From the human T2T-CHM13v2.0 reference genome, Homo sapiens, in NCBI RefSeq assembly GCF_009914755.1, contig NC_060929.1: a stretch of 64,000 nucleotides of DNA, one strand, 5' to 3'. Both the position numbers and the translations under genes were made by a program. Below are positions 14,186 through 26,392 of the stretch, piece after piece. Within the stretch, counting starts at the first letter, position 1, and every line of letters begins with the position of its first letter. The notes beneath the pieces were generated by a model, which did not search any database, was not told the origin of the DNA, and was given only the letters and a program-made list of their open reading frames with translations.

Positions 14186-14405
14186 GTCCTCCTGGACTCG
14201 AGGGATCCTCTCGTCTCAGCCCCCGGAGTAGCTGTGACTACAGGCATGCATCACCACGCCCAGCTAATTTTTCATTTTTTAATCTTTGTAAAGATGAAGT
14301 CTCACCATGTTGCACAGGCTGGTCTTGAAGTTCTGGGCTCAAGTAATCTCTCTGCCTCCACCTCCCAAAATGCTGGGATTACAGGCATGAGCCACTGCCT
14401 GGCCC
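14186..14405 (-). mobile_element. AluJ lacking its 3' end and tail
   Basis: cctcctggactcgagggatcctc...ctgggctcaagtaatc...gagccactgcctggccc. Confidence 0.9.
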
Positions 14406-15389
14406 AGGGTTTTATTCATGACTTTAATTTTGAAACATATTTTGTGCTTCATTTACTCAATAATTTAAATACAATATTTCCATCTAGATATTTTTTAATT
14501 GTGAGTTTTTAAAGAATTCATGATTTGCAATGATTTTAGCCCTTAAAAATTAAATATAATATTGATGTAGTAATAACTATTTAACATTCATTGATTAAAA
14601 ACACTTTGCTTTTTCAGGGTGAGAACAAACCCACAAACAAAAAACAAACAGCTCAAAGTTTTCATTATATTAAGGACTTGAGGAATCTGAGATGGGTAAC
14701 TTTCTAAATTCTTTGTAATTACATCTCTGTAGATCTTGCATTAGAATGTGGATTTCGGCTTCCCAGTAGAGCCTGATACTTCTAATGTGCAATTAGAGGA
14801 AGCAAAGAAACCTTATTTATACAAATAGAAAGCTAATGAGATGGTACAATCAATGAGAATACTTGATCATTTCAGAGCTTAAACCACAGAGTCTTCCACC
14901 ACTTAATCTAACACCTAACAAAGAATTAGCTGCAGCCAAGTGAATATCCTGAACAAAATTAGCTTCTCTCTTGTTTGTCTTTATGATCTGGGTTGAATAC
15001 AAGAACCTCATTATCAGTGCCTAGCCCTTTTGAAAAATCCTTTGTTTTGTTTTCTTTAAAGAATTTAGCAGGAATTATTCTATTTAGCACTACTCCAATG
15101 CAGACGTTTTAGAAAATTCTCAAATAAACATATTCTTTCTGCGTACAGAGACTATTTTTTAGGAAATATTATATTTCATTGTAAATTATTGACCTTAAAA
15201 AGGTAAACTTTTTATTAGTAAGCTTTTTAACCTTAAAATTTATTTCAGATAGATTTTGCTTTTAAGTTTCTTACCTTAAAATTTTTCAATGGTAAGATTT
15301 TTACCATAAAAATAATCCTGAAAGATTTTGCTTTACATATGCCCTAGTCATCAATTTAAGATTGTTAAATAAATTTCAGAAATCATGTA

Positions 15390-15520
15390 ACACCATTCCT
15401 CAATTTACAGATCAAAGAAACAAGATATTTAGGCCACTCTGCCATTTACTGTAAGAAAGCTGGCCAGAAATTAGATTCGTAGACTCTTAGGACAGGCTCC
15501 TCCACAAAAACATGCTACCT
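15390..15520 (-). mobile_element. MIR fragment
   Basis: caatttacagatcaaagaaaca resembles MIR cattttacagatgaggaaact. Confidence 0.4.
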
Positions 15521-17909
15521 CCCCTCACATCTTTCCCTAAACACAATTACTAGTATTAGTAAATTGCTTGAATGTATACAAATAAGAAATAAGCATTTTT
15601 AAAAATTATATTTAATAAGAATCATTAATTCACAATTAAAGGGTGAATATACCATAATTCTTTGTTTCTTTGTTTCTACACATGAGTTTATTTAGATTGA
15701 TCCTTTGTATAGGTTTTGAAAAAACTTGAAAAGCACCACAGAATCAAGTGTGCACTGAACTCTAAGTAGCAACATGACTAGAGAACTCGCAGTGAGGATA
15801 CTACCTAATCATACCAAAAAGTTCCATTATTGTCTGCAGTATGCACTCCTCTGGTTTAAGAAATGAGATATTACCTTTTAAATATTAAAACTTATGTTCA
15901 AGGAATGTGAAACCTAAACCATTATTTTTACCTAGAAGGAAATTTTCATTTAGGCTCAGGGAAAATCAGACCCCAAGGAAGTTATGGCATATATATAACA
16001 AAGTTTAATTGAGAAAAGATAAATTCAGGTCTAGGAAGTGGAGTGGAGGCTGCCTGGACAACTTCATATGAAAGAATCATGCAGATAAAGGAAACTGGGA
16101 AATGTGGTTTGGTAGCAATGGAAGATGCAGTCAAGGAGTCATACGGAACAAAAAGGAAGATGGACATTAACACATATGCAATGAGTCCCATCAAAAGAAA
16201 CAGCAACAGATTTTGGCCAACACTTTGTTAAAAAATAAGCCAAACTGCCATAAACAGGAAAAATAAACACAATCACTTATCTACATTAACACTTCATTTG
16301 TATGGCAACGGCATAAAGCCAGGATATAAATAGATTACTTGAATGCTGTCAATTAGTAGTAAGCCTTAAAAAATTTTTTTGATGAAATTTGTTGTCAGCT
16401 GTTGCATTCCCTAAAGATGTAGTTCTGGCACAGGATTTTAACATCGTTTCAGTGGGAAGTATTTGCTAATATATTGCAAGTGGCTTGCTGGGCAAAGAAG
16501 GGAAAACAACCCTGATTGCTGACAATATTTACATAATTATAACTAGTCAGCCAGTCACTCCTCCCCAACAGTGAAGGCTGAGGTTCTAAAACTCTTTGCA
16601 AGGGCAAGGAAAACAACAACAACTCATTTTCTCTGCTCTAAATTTTACCAATTATAGATCCCTCTCCCATTAATAAATAACATGGAGTTTATAATAATAT
16701 TAACTATCCTAACATATTTGTAAACCTGGCTTTAGGGGTTTACTCTGTAAATCTAGCCAGAGAAATTATAAATATAGAAATGTTTTATGCAAATATATGC
16801 TCATTTCAACTTTATGATAATGAAAAGCTGAAGATAAAACTAAACCAAAAATTGTAACATATTTAAACTATGAGACCAGTTAAAAGACAAATGTAAGAAA
16901 TGAAAGGAAATGATGTCTCTCAAAGGATCATAAATATTCCAGATACCTTTTATCTAATCATTTATCTTGTGCAACAAAATCTCACATCATGCTCCCGAGG
17001 AGGACTACCTTAGTATTAGTCATTCCATTTTACAAATGAAGCAGCTAGTTCTCACGGCAATCAAAGATAAAAATCATTCAACCAGGAGTGATGGAAAACC
17101 GTTTATAGCCTAAAAACCCACACATCATTATTTTTGCAGTTTACTTTCATATTGCTGAATATTGTTTATCATCTATTTAAACATCCTTTATGTTGCCATA
17201 GGCTATTATGAAAAATAGAAAATAATTCACATACTTTAGTTTGTAAATTACTCTTTACAAACAAAAGTACTTATCTTGAAAATGACTTCAGTGCCTCATG
17301 TGAGCTGAATGTAATAATGCTTCATTACATTTTAATAAACTTGGCTGATTTAAAATATTCAGTAAAATGACAGTTTATCACCCACTTTAATGTCATAAAA
17401 TCTTTGTAGCTTTCTTTAAACTTTAGTACATAGTTCTGTTAAAGTGTTCATTTCATTTATGCAGATTTTTGGATGATACATAATGAGCCATGATATAAGA
17501 ATTATTTTACAATAACATAATTATATATAAAATCTCAAAGTAATTGATTAGTTACTCTTTTTGGTCAAATTTTGACTTTTTTAACCACTTTTTTTTTAAC
17601 TAAGGGAATTTCTTTCACATGGCTTTATGAACTTGTATAAGTCACACAAATTTCCTGGTGTTAGATATTTTTATTTTTGAAAAGGAGGTAGAACTCTAGT
17701 ACATAAAGTCCTTTTATTATGCAGATTACCGTGTATTAACATAATGGTAAAAGATATTTAAATATAATTCAAATATTTAATGGATTATCAAATGTCAACA
17801 ATAGGTCTTTTGTTTTGAATTCACATAATACATCTCTAACATACACAGCATGACTGTAGCATTTGTTTCGTAAACAAGAAGCAATTATTAATAACAGAGA
17901 TAGCAATGT

Positions 17910-18287
17910 TGTATTAGTCCATCTGAATACTGTTATACAGAATTGCCCGATACTGGGTAATTTATAAAGGAAAGAGGTTTAAATGACTCACATTCAGCAT
18001 GGCTGGGGATGCCTCAGGAAACTTACTATCTAGGAAGAAGGTGAAGGGGAAGCAAGGTACCTTTTTCACAAGGCAGCAGGAAGGAGAAGTGCCAAGCGAA
18101 GGGGAGAAAAGCCCCTTTTAAACTATCAGATCTTGCGAGAATTCACTCACTGTCACGAGAAGAGCATGGGGAAAACTGCCCCTGTGATTCAATTATCTCC
18201 ACCTGATCTCACCCTTGACTCGTAGGGATTATGGGGATTGCAATTCAAGGTGAGCTTTGGGTGAGGACACAAAGCCTAACTATATCA
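17910..18287 (-). mobile_element. THE1D solo LTR (MaLR)
   Basis: tgtattagtcc...caaagcctaactatatca; exact 5-bp TSD aatgt at 17905-17909 and 18288-18292. Confidence 0.95.
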
Positions 18288-18339
18288 AATGTTTATAAGC
18301 AAATACTGTATATTTCTTACAATACTAGTAGTAATAGTA

Positions 18340-18520
18340 ATTAGGTGTTTCCTGTGTTCACTTAAATTCTCTGTTTAACCATCACAATAACTACGTAAGG
18401 TTGTTATACCCATTCTACATATGGGAAAATCAAGTAACGGACAGGTTAAGTAATTTGTCCAAGGTTATAGACGTAGATTTCAAAACCAGGCAGCTCAAAT
18501 CAGTATTGTACACATACTAC
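18340..18520 (-). mobile_element. MIR
   Basis: cccattctacatatgggaaaat...aggttaagtaatttgtccaaggt. Confidence 0.75.
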
Positions 18521-18633
18521 TATGAATTCAGCAACAATTTATTATATTTCATTTGAATTTGAATTTGATTTCAATGTAGCAAAATGTCTCTGCTACATTG
18601 AAATGCCAATATAATTCAAATAATAGTTTTAGG

Positions 18634-18808
18634 TTTTGTTTGTTTATTTGTTTTACGAATGGGGTCTCACTATATTGCCCAGGAGTGCAGTGGCTATTCA
18701 CAGGCATGATCATAAATTACTATGGTCTCAAACTCCTGGCCTCAAGTAATCCTCCCTCCTCAGCCTCTTGAGTATCTGGAATTATAGGTGTGCACCAATG
18801 TGCTCAGC
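18634..18808 (-). mobile_element. FAM (fossil Alu monomer)
   Basis: Monomer retaining the 7SL-type segment gcctgtgaatagccactgcactcc (plus strand ggagtgcagtggctattcacaggc), which FLAM and dimeric Alus lack. Confidence 0.85.
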
Positions 18809-19299
18809 AGAACAGTGTTTTTGAACTCAAAATCCTTCAGTGAAACTATGGACAATAGTATAGAATCGCTAAAAATAAACCATGGCCTGCTTCCCATCAC
18901 CTTCTTCTACCAGCACAGCTCCTGGCCTCACAAAGAGGATGCCTTTGTATGTTCTCAATATATTGATTGTATATGTTTTCATCAAGCATCTCATAGGAAT
19001 GCAATTTTCTAGCTGAAATTTTTTTTCCCAAAATCTATGGGAGAAGGATTTAAGAGACTTAAGGGGAGCAAAAACTGGAGGAAAGTGAATTATATCAAAT
19101 AGGATGCAGATGGCATACTAATCACAGAAGGAAAACAAAGTAATAATATTGCAGAGAAAGAAATATCTAATGAGCTTCACAGTTGTTTGTGTGTGCCATG
19201 CTATACACATGGTTTTCCACTTATTACAGAATCATTCTTGAGAGCATTTCTAATGTTTAAACCTTCCTCATCTTAGTAAAAACTTTCTTATATTCTTAT

Positions 19300-20800
<1,501 letters not shown>

Positions 20801-20939
20801 TTCTTTGTGAACACAGACTTTTGCATTTGTGAATTCAGAATAAATTATGGTCCCCAAATTTCTTCTTTTTTCTTCTTTAATTTCTGCATTCTAGTCTTTG
20901 TGTGTTGAGAGCTGAAAGTTATAACCACCTAATTATTTA

Positions 20940-21080
20940 GTGTCCAGCTCTTGGTAGAGATGGTAGTCCCTCTCTGCAGCTGGTTGTCCCGTCATTTCCT
21001 CAGATCTCAGCAGAGATGGTAGCTCCTTCTTGCTAGACAGGTCACCCCAGTGAGTGTCCAGCTCTCCACAGACAGGGTAG
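20940..21080 (-). mobile_element. MER52-like ERV1 LTR fragment
   Basis: Repeated gtgtccagctct and ctcagcagagatggtagctcct/ctctctgcagctggttgtccc units as recalled for MER52. Confidence 0.7.
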
Positions 21081-21931
21081 AATATTAGAATTGTATTCTA
21101 AGTCAAATCAGTGACTTGGGTGAGGGGCTCAATGTGAGACTCTTTGGAAATCAAATTTACACCATAAATAGTATGGAATGAGCAGCCTGCTGGCCTGGGC
21201 ACTGGACCTCCTTTGGTCTACTTCCTGACACTGGAGGCTGTGTGTGTTCAGACTTATTTATTCTGATTTGCACTACTATGGATTCTGCTTTAAAAGTCTA
21301 AGTGATACTAAACAATTAGGTGGTTATAAATAGTTACCTTCTTAGCTGGATGAGTGCTAGGATGTCCAGAATGAATAGATTTTTATCCAGCCCTCCAGTG
21401 TAATGGTTAAAAGCTTCATGGAATTTTAAGAATCTATTCACTTATTTGCTCTGAAGATTTGAAGTATGTTGTAAGGATAAATATGCCCCATGTCTGATTT
21501 ACATATTGACAATAATCACTGCCAGTAATTCACTTCATTTGCTTTGGCTTTTATTCCCACTTAAATGTACCTTTAGGTCATATCAAGAAATTGGAAATAA
21601 ATGTGCTTAATATCAAAGTGATGATTTCACTCTTTGTATTATAAGGAGGGAAAAAACATTGAGATCATATAAAGAAAAGAAAACCATAATTCCTCAAATC
21701 ATCCATGATTTTATAAAAGCCATAATGGCTCAGCAAATATGAAAACACCACTTTGTCATTTTTTCAATAAAAATTGAACATTTCCCTCTGTATTCCTCAT
21801 TTAAATTGTGCTACTTAGTCTTTCTAATTTATTTTATTATCAGCTTATACTTTTTATTATAGAAAAAGCAAATCTTCTAATCTTTCTAACTCTAGTTCTA
21901 TAATTAAAGTTTTATAAAAATCTCATTGAAG

Positions 21932-22045
21932 AAACAATGTCCACTATTTGGGTGATGGGTACACTAGAAGCCCAACCCCACCATACACATGTAATAAGTA
22001 ACAAAAAAGCACATGTGCACCTGAATCTAAAATAAAAAATTAAAA
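21932..22045 (+). mobile_element. L1PB-like 3' end, heavily 5'-truncated
   Basis: cactatttgggtgatgggtacactagaagcccaa...ctgaatctaaaataaaa. Confidence 0.85.
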
Positions 22046-22081
22046 GGAATTACTTTCTCTTTTTTTAAATCTCTTTTGTTA

Positions 22082-22472
22082 TGTGGTCATAATGTGTTTT
22101 CCATTGCTTATAATAGAATACCTGAAACTGGATAAAGAAAAGGAATTTATTTCTCATAATTATGGAGGCTGAGAAGTCCAAGGTTGAGGATCTGCATCTG
22201 GTGGGGGCCTTCCTGCTGATGGAGACTCTCTGCAGAGTTCTGAGGTGGTGCAGGGCATCATGTGGTGAGGGTGGTTGAGTGTGCTAGTTTGGATCTCTCT
22301 TCCTCTTCTTTTAAAGTCATCACTCTCTCTCTTATGGTAACCCATTAATCCAGTAACCCATTAATCTGTGAATGTGAGCAGAGCCTTCATGATTTAACCC
22401 AACCTCTCAATACTGCCACATTGGGGAATAAGTTTCAACATGAGCTTTGAAAGGGACATTCAAATCATAGCA
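22082..22472 (-). mobile_element. MST solo LTR (MSTC/MSTB1-like)
   Basis: tggaggctgagaagtccaagg, aacccattaatcc duplicate, aagtttcaacatgag, ends tcaaatcatagca. Confidence 0.88.
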
Positions 22473-22504
22473 GCTGTGTCTGTTGATTTATCTGTCTTTT
22501 TCTA

Positions 22505-22623
22505 TCGGTCATCTCAGCTGTATCTCCACCCTTTTATCTCTTCTCCTCCCTCCTCCTCTCCTCTTTTTTCAACTCCTCTCTCTTTATCTCTCTTGGTCTC
22601 TCTCTTCTCTCTCTCTCTCTCTT
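22505..22623. repeat. CT-rich low-complexity tract
   Basis: Directly visible. Confidence 0.8.
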
Positions 22624-23096
22624 ATAGTTTGATTTTGTATTCAGGTTTAAGTTACCTCCATATTTTTCAATACTGCAAGTATTTACTTTCACTTGAGGCA
22701 CCAGGATTCATTACTGGTATAGGTCTTCAAATGTGTTATCATAACACTTGCTCTTTTCCTCTGGCTGATGAAAATAAAATTACATTTTTTTTTCCTTTAG
22801 CCATTTTTCATCAAAAATCCATTCTCAAATACAGCATACTAATATACTTTCTCCTTAAACAGATCTGTGGATGGGTCAAAACACAGTTAATTTTGCAGCC
22901 TGTAATATGAAACTTCAACCCAGGAACTGTTGCTAGAAGAATAAAGAAAAATTGTTTATTTTCTCATTTGAAGCTGAAGGAAACACTAACAGTTTTAAAA
23001 GATTAAACATACATATCCAAATTCAAAATTAGAGATACTGTAAGTGTAGAACTGGCCAGCGAGATGACTTCTGGGAAAAGAGAAAGAATATGTATT

Positions 23097-23548
23097 TGTG
23101 GCAGACACAGCTAGTTGCCCATCCAATACATATTCTCCCCTTCTTGCTTAATAAGGAAGGACAGGCGTGGTAACATATGCAACCAAAAGGCTACGTTTCC
23201 TGGCTTTTCTTGCAACTAAAGGTGGCCATGTGACCTAGATTTGACCAATGAAATGTAAGCAGAAGTCACTGGGTCTTGTTCTGTCTAAATGGCAGACTTG
23301 GTCTGCATGAACTTTTGTCATTTGTCCCTTGTATCACCTGCAGATATATGGCAATGAAGATTTCATACCGTGGAACTAACTTTAAGGAAAAACTTTGCTG
23401 GTCCTTCATTTTAATGTGTAGCCCAGCACCAAAACTGGATCACCACACACTTCCAAATTTCTGCTTATATGAGCAAAATACATTCTCTATTGTTTCAGCA
23501 ACTGTGATTTCTGTTTCATGTTATGAGCAGCTGAGCTTATTTCTAACT
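23097..23548 (+). mobile_element. MLT1J-like solo LTR
   Basis: tgtggcagaca...ggtggccatgtgac...ccaatgaaatgtaagcagaagt...gcagctga. Confidence 0.8.
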
Positions 23549-23857
23549 TTCAGTAATTATGCTATGGCACAGAAATAGGTCAAAACTATGAAGTAGTGAG
23601 TAGACTGTACATGATAAATCTGGTTATATCACTTCCATAATATTTTCATGCATTGATTTTCACTCTTAATTAAGCCATTTTTCTTAGTCTTTTTTTATTA
23701 TGACCACCAGCCAAAATGTATGTGACAGGAGTTAAGCAAAAGGAAAAAAGGTTGAAAAGAAAGGAGACATTGGTGGGTGGCCCTGACAGAAAAGTCCAGG
23801 AGTGCTTTTCTAAGATGCCATACTTTAAGACTTTAATCAAGATGTAGACCCAGCAGC

Positions 23858-24007
23858 TTTTTGTTTATTTGTTTGTTTGTTTGTTTTAGAGACAGAGACT
23901 TGCTATGTTGTTGCCCAGGCTGGTCTCAAACTCCTGGCCTCAAGCATTCCCACTACCTCAGCCTCCCAAAGCACTGGGATTACAAGTGTGATCCACCATG
24001 CCCAGAC
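23858..24007 (-). mobile_element. FLAM_C (free left Alu monomer)
   Basis: Left-arm-only Alu with (TTTG)n tail; degenerate TSD ccagcagct/ccagtagtt. Confidence 0.88.
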
Positions 24008-24780
24008 CCAGTAGTTCTTTAAAGCCTGTTTTCATCGGAATAAGATTTTATGATTACAAAAGTATCATATTTTTAAATAACATTAAGAATATAGAGATAA
24101 GAATAAAACAGAAAGCTGCCTCTACCACCTGCAGATAACCACTGTTCTCTTCTTAGATTATAAATTCCTTCTAGTTCACTTCTATATATTTCTATATATT
24201 ATAATGTGCCATTTAAAAATACCAATAACATTTAATAGTGGAAATTACTTAATCATATTGATATATACCACAGGAGGTTATTAAACTCTTATATTTTCAG
24301 AAATTACATGCTTTACTGGCTATTTCTATAATAAATATTACTAAGGCAGAGTTCATAAGTATTTCCTTGGTATAAATTCCATGTGAACTATACATATTTT
24401 AAAGGTTTTTATATATTTTAAAAATAAACTCTAGACTTTTTATTTGCACTTTCCTCAGTAACGTAGGTGTTTGGTTCCTCCCATTTTTCATTTCAGCAGA
24501 TTAGGTGTCATTCAAAATGAAAATTGCCAATCTTACTAATAAAATGTAATCTTTATTTTGCATCGTAGCAGGTTTTATTTTTTTTCTTTTAAAAATTCTT
24601 CTGGTCACCTTCCACTACAGGAATTATAATACTGAAATGCATATCTAAAATTAATGTACTTATTTCTCTATTAGTTAAGATAGGGTTACTACTATAATAT
24701 GAAATATATGTGTGCATATATATATATATATAATGACAAAACTATAACAGAACTTTAGTTTTTATTCACAAATAATTTCT

Positions 24781-25060
24781 TTTTTATAACTTTACTGAGG
24801 AAAAATTGATACAAATAAGTGCATATATTTAATGTATACAATTTCACTAGTTTGGACATACTAATACACCCATGACACCACCACCATAATCAATGTAATA
24901 AACACATTCACCATTCCTCAAAATTTCCTTTTATCTCTTTGCTCTGTGTGTGTGTGTAGAGTAGTAACCTTCCCTTGAGATCTAACTGCTTAAATTTTTA
25001 AGTGTACAATGCTGTATTGCACTATGCTGAACAGCAGATCTCCAGAACTAATTTGTTCTA
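24781..25060 (-). mobile_element. L1MA10/L1MB1-like 3' end
   Basis: aactttactgagg...atatttaatgtatacaa...acagcagatctccagaact. Confidence 0.8.
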
Positions 25061-25101
25061 AACACCAAATATACAGACAGTAGATGGAAAATACAGTAGG
25101 T

Positions 25102-25323
25102 CAGAGATTCTCACCCTCAGTACTACTGGCACTGGAATAGAGTATTCTTTCTTGTGGGGACAGTCCTGCTTAGTGTAAAATATTTAGCAGCATCACTGAC
25201 TTCTACTAAATGCAAGTAGTTTACTCCCCAACATGAAAATCCAAAATTTCTTTGGATGTTGCCATGTATCCCACAGGGAACAAAATTGCTGGAACAAGTG
25301 GTTCCAGCAATTGGGAACCACTT
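25102..25323 (-). mobile_element. MER20 (hAT-Charlie MITE)
   Basis: cagagattctca...tttagcagcatc...ttgccatgtatccc...gaaccact is the reverse of the MER20 layout. Confidence 0.85.
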
Positions 25324-25329
25324 GGACAG

Positions 25330-25500
25330 AAGAAAGTGTTTATAGGCCAAGATTGGAAACAGTGCTTATCATTCAGCTTAGAATCCACTGGCTAAAATTC
25401 AGCCATGCAGCCACATCAACATAAAGAGATGCTGGGAAAGATAAGCCAACTGTGAACAAAGGGAACAGTGGAAAAGTGGCCAATAACAAATACTCTGGGC
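25330..25500 (-). mobile_element. MLT1J/K-like fragment (other piece possibly 24670-24780)
   Basis: aatccactggctaaaattcagccatgcagccaca...gctgggaaa. Confidence 0.5.
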
Positions 25501-25690
25501 AACTATTACACAACTTTATTACTTTTCTCATTTTTTTTTTCCTTTTTGGGGGTGGGGTAACTGTTGACATTTCTTAGGAATAGAAACATATTTTCTGCTT
25601 TGTTTTAATTTTGCCAGAATCATTACCTCAGTCACCTTTAAAAGCTCCACCTAAAATACTTTCTCTATATTATACCATCTTTACTGAAGC

Positions 25691-25873
25691 ATTTATATAT
25701 ATGAAATATATATAAATATATGTAAAATATATATAATAAATATATATATTTATTCTTTATATATAATATAAATAATTATATATAATATATTATTATATAT
25801 AAATATATATATTATTTTATATATAAATATATATTTATTTTATATATTATATATATTTATAGGATATTTATAT
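25691..25873. repeat. Imperfect (TA)n AT-rich island
   Basis: About 180 bp almost entirely A/T. Confidence 0.95.
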
Positions 25874-26004
25874 AGGAAGTGCCATCTCTTTGTCTCCCAA
25901 CAAACAAAGCTAGCAAATCAACTACTGTTGAGTTTTAAAATTTTCATGCTATCAACTGTTGGCCATTAATCTGCATATTATCATAACCAAGAGTATAAAT
26001 GTAG

Positions 26005-26392
26005 GGCTTTGGTTTGAATGTGTCCTCCAGAGGTTTGTGTGCTGGAAAGTTAATTGCTGTTGTAATAGTATTAAGAGGTAGGATTGTAAAGAGATGATTA
26101 GGCCAGGATGACTTTGCTCTCATGAAGGGATTAATGCCATTATGGGGAGTTGGTTAGTTATCTTGGGACTAGATTTACGATAAGAGGATGAATCCAACTT
26201 GATGTTCTCTTTTTGTCTCCTGTGCTTGCTTCCACCGTCCACCCTTCTGCCATGGGATGATTCTCCCTGGATGCTGTCCCCATGCTCTTGGACTTCTCAG
26301 CCTCCAGAATTGTGAGCAAAATAGACTTATTTTCTTTATAAATTACCTAGTCTGTGGTATTTTGTTAAAGCATCAGAAAATTAAATAAGACA
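26005..26392 (+). mobile_element. MSTD solo LTR
   Basis: ggtttgaatgtgtcc...gattaatgccattat...cttggacttctcagcctccagaa...ttctttataaattacc...taagaca. Confidence 0.88.

Noticed and set aside
16043-16231. 62-aa ORF with natural-looking composition
   Set aside because: GTG start, no recognisable domain, no convincing splice-site pair
22440-22910. 156-aa hydrophobic ORF
   Set aside because: Starts in an MST LTR and crosses a CT-rich tract
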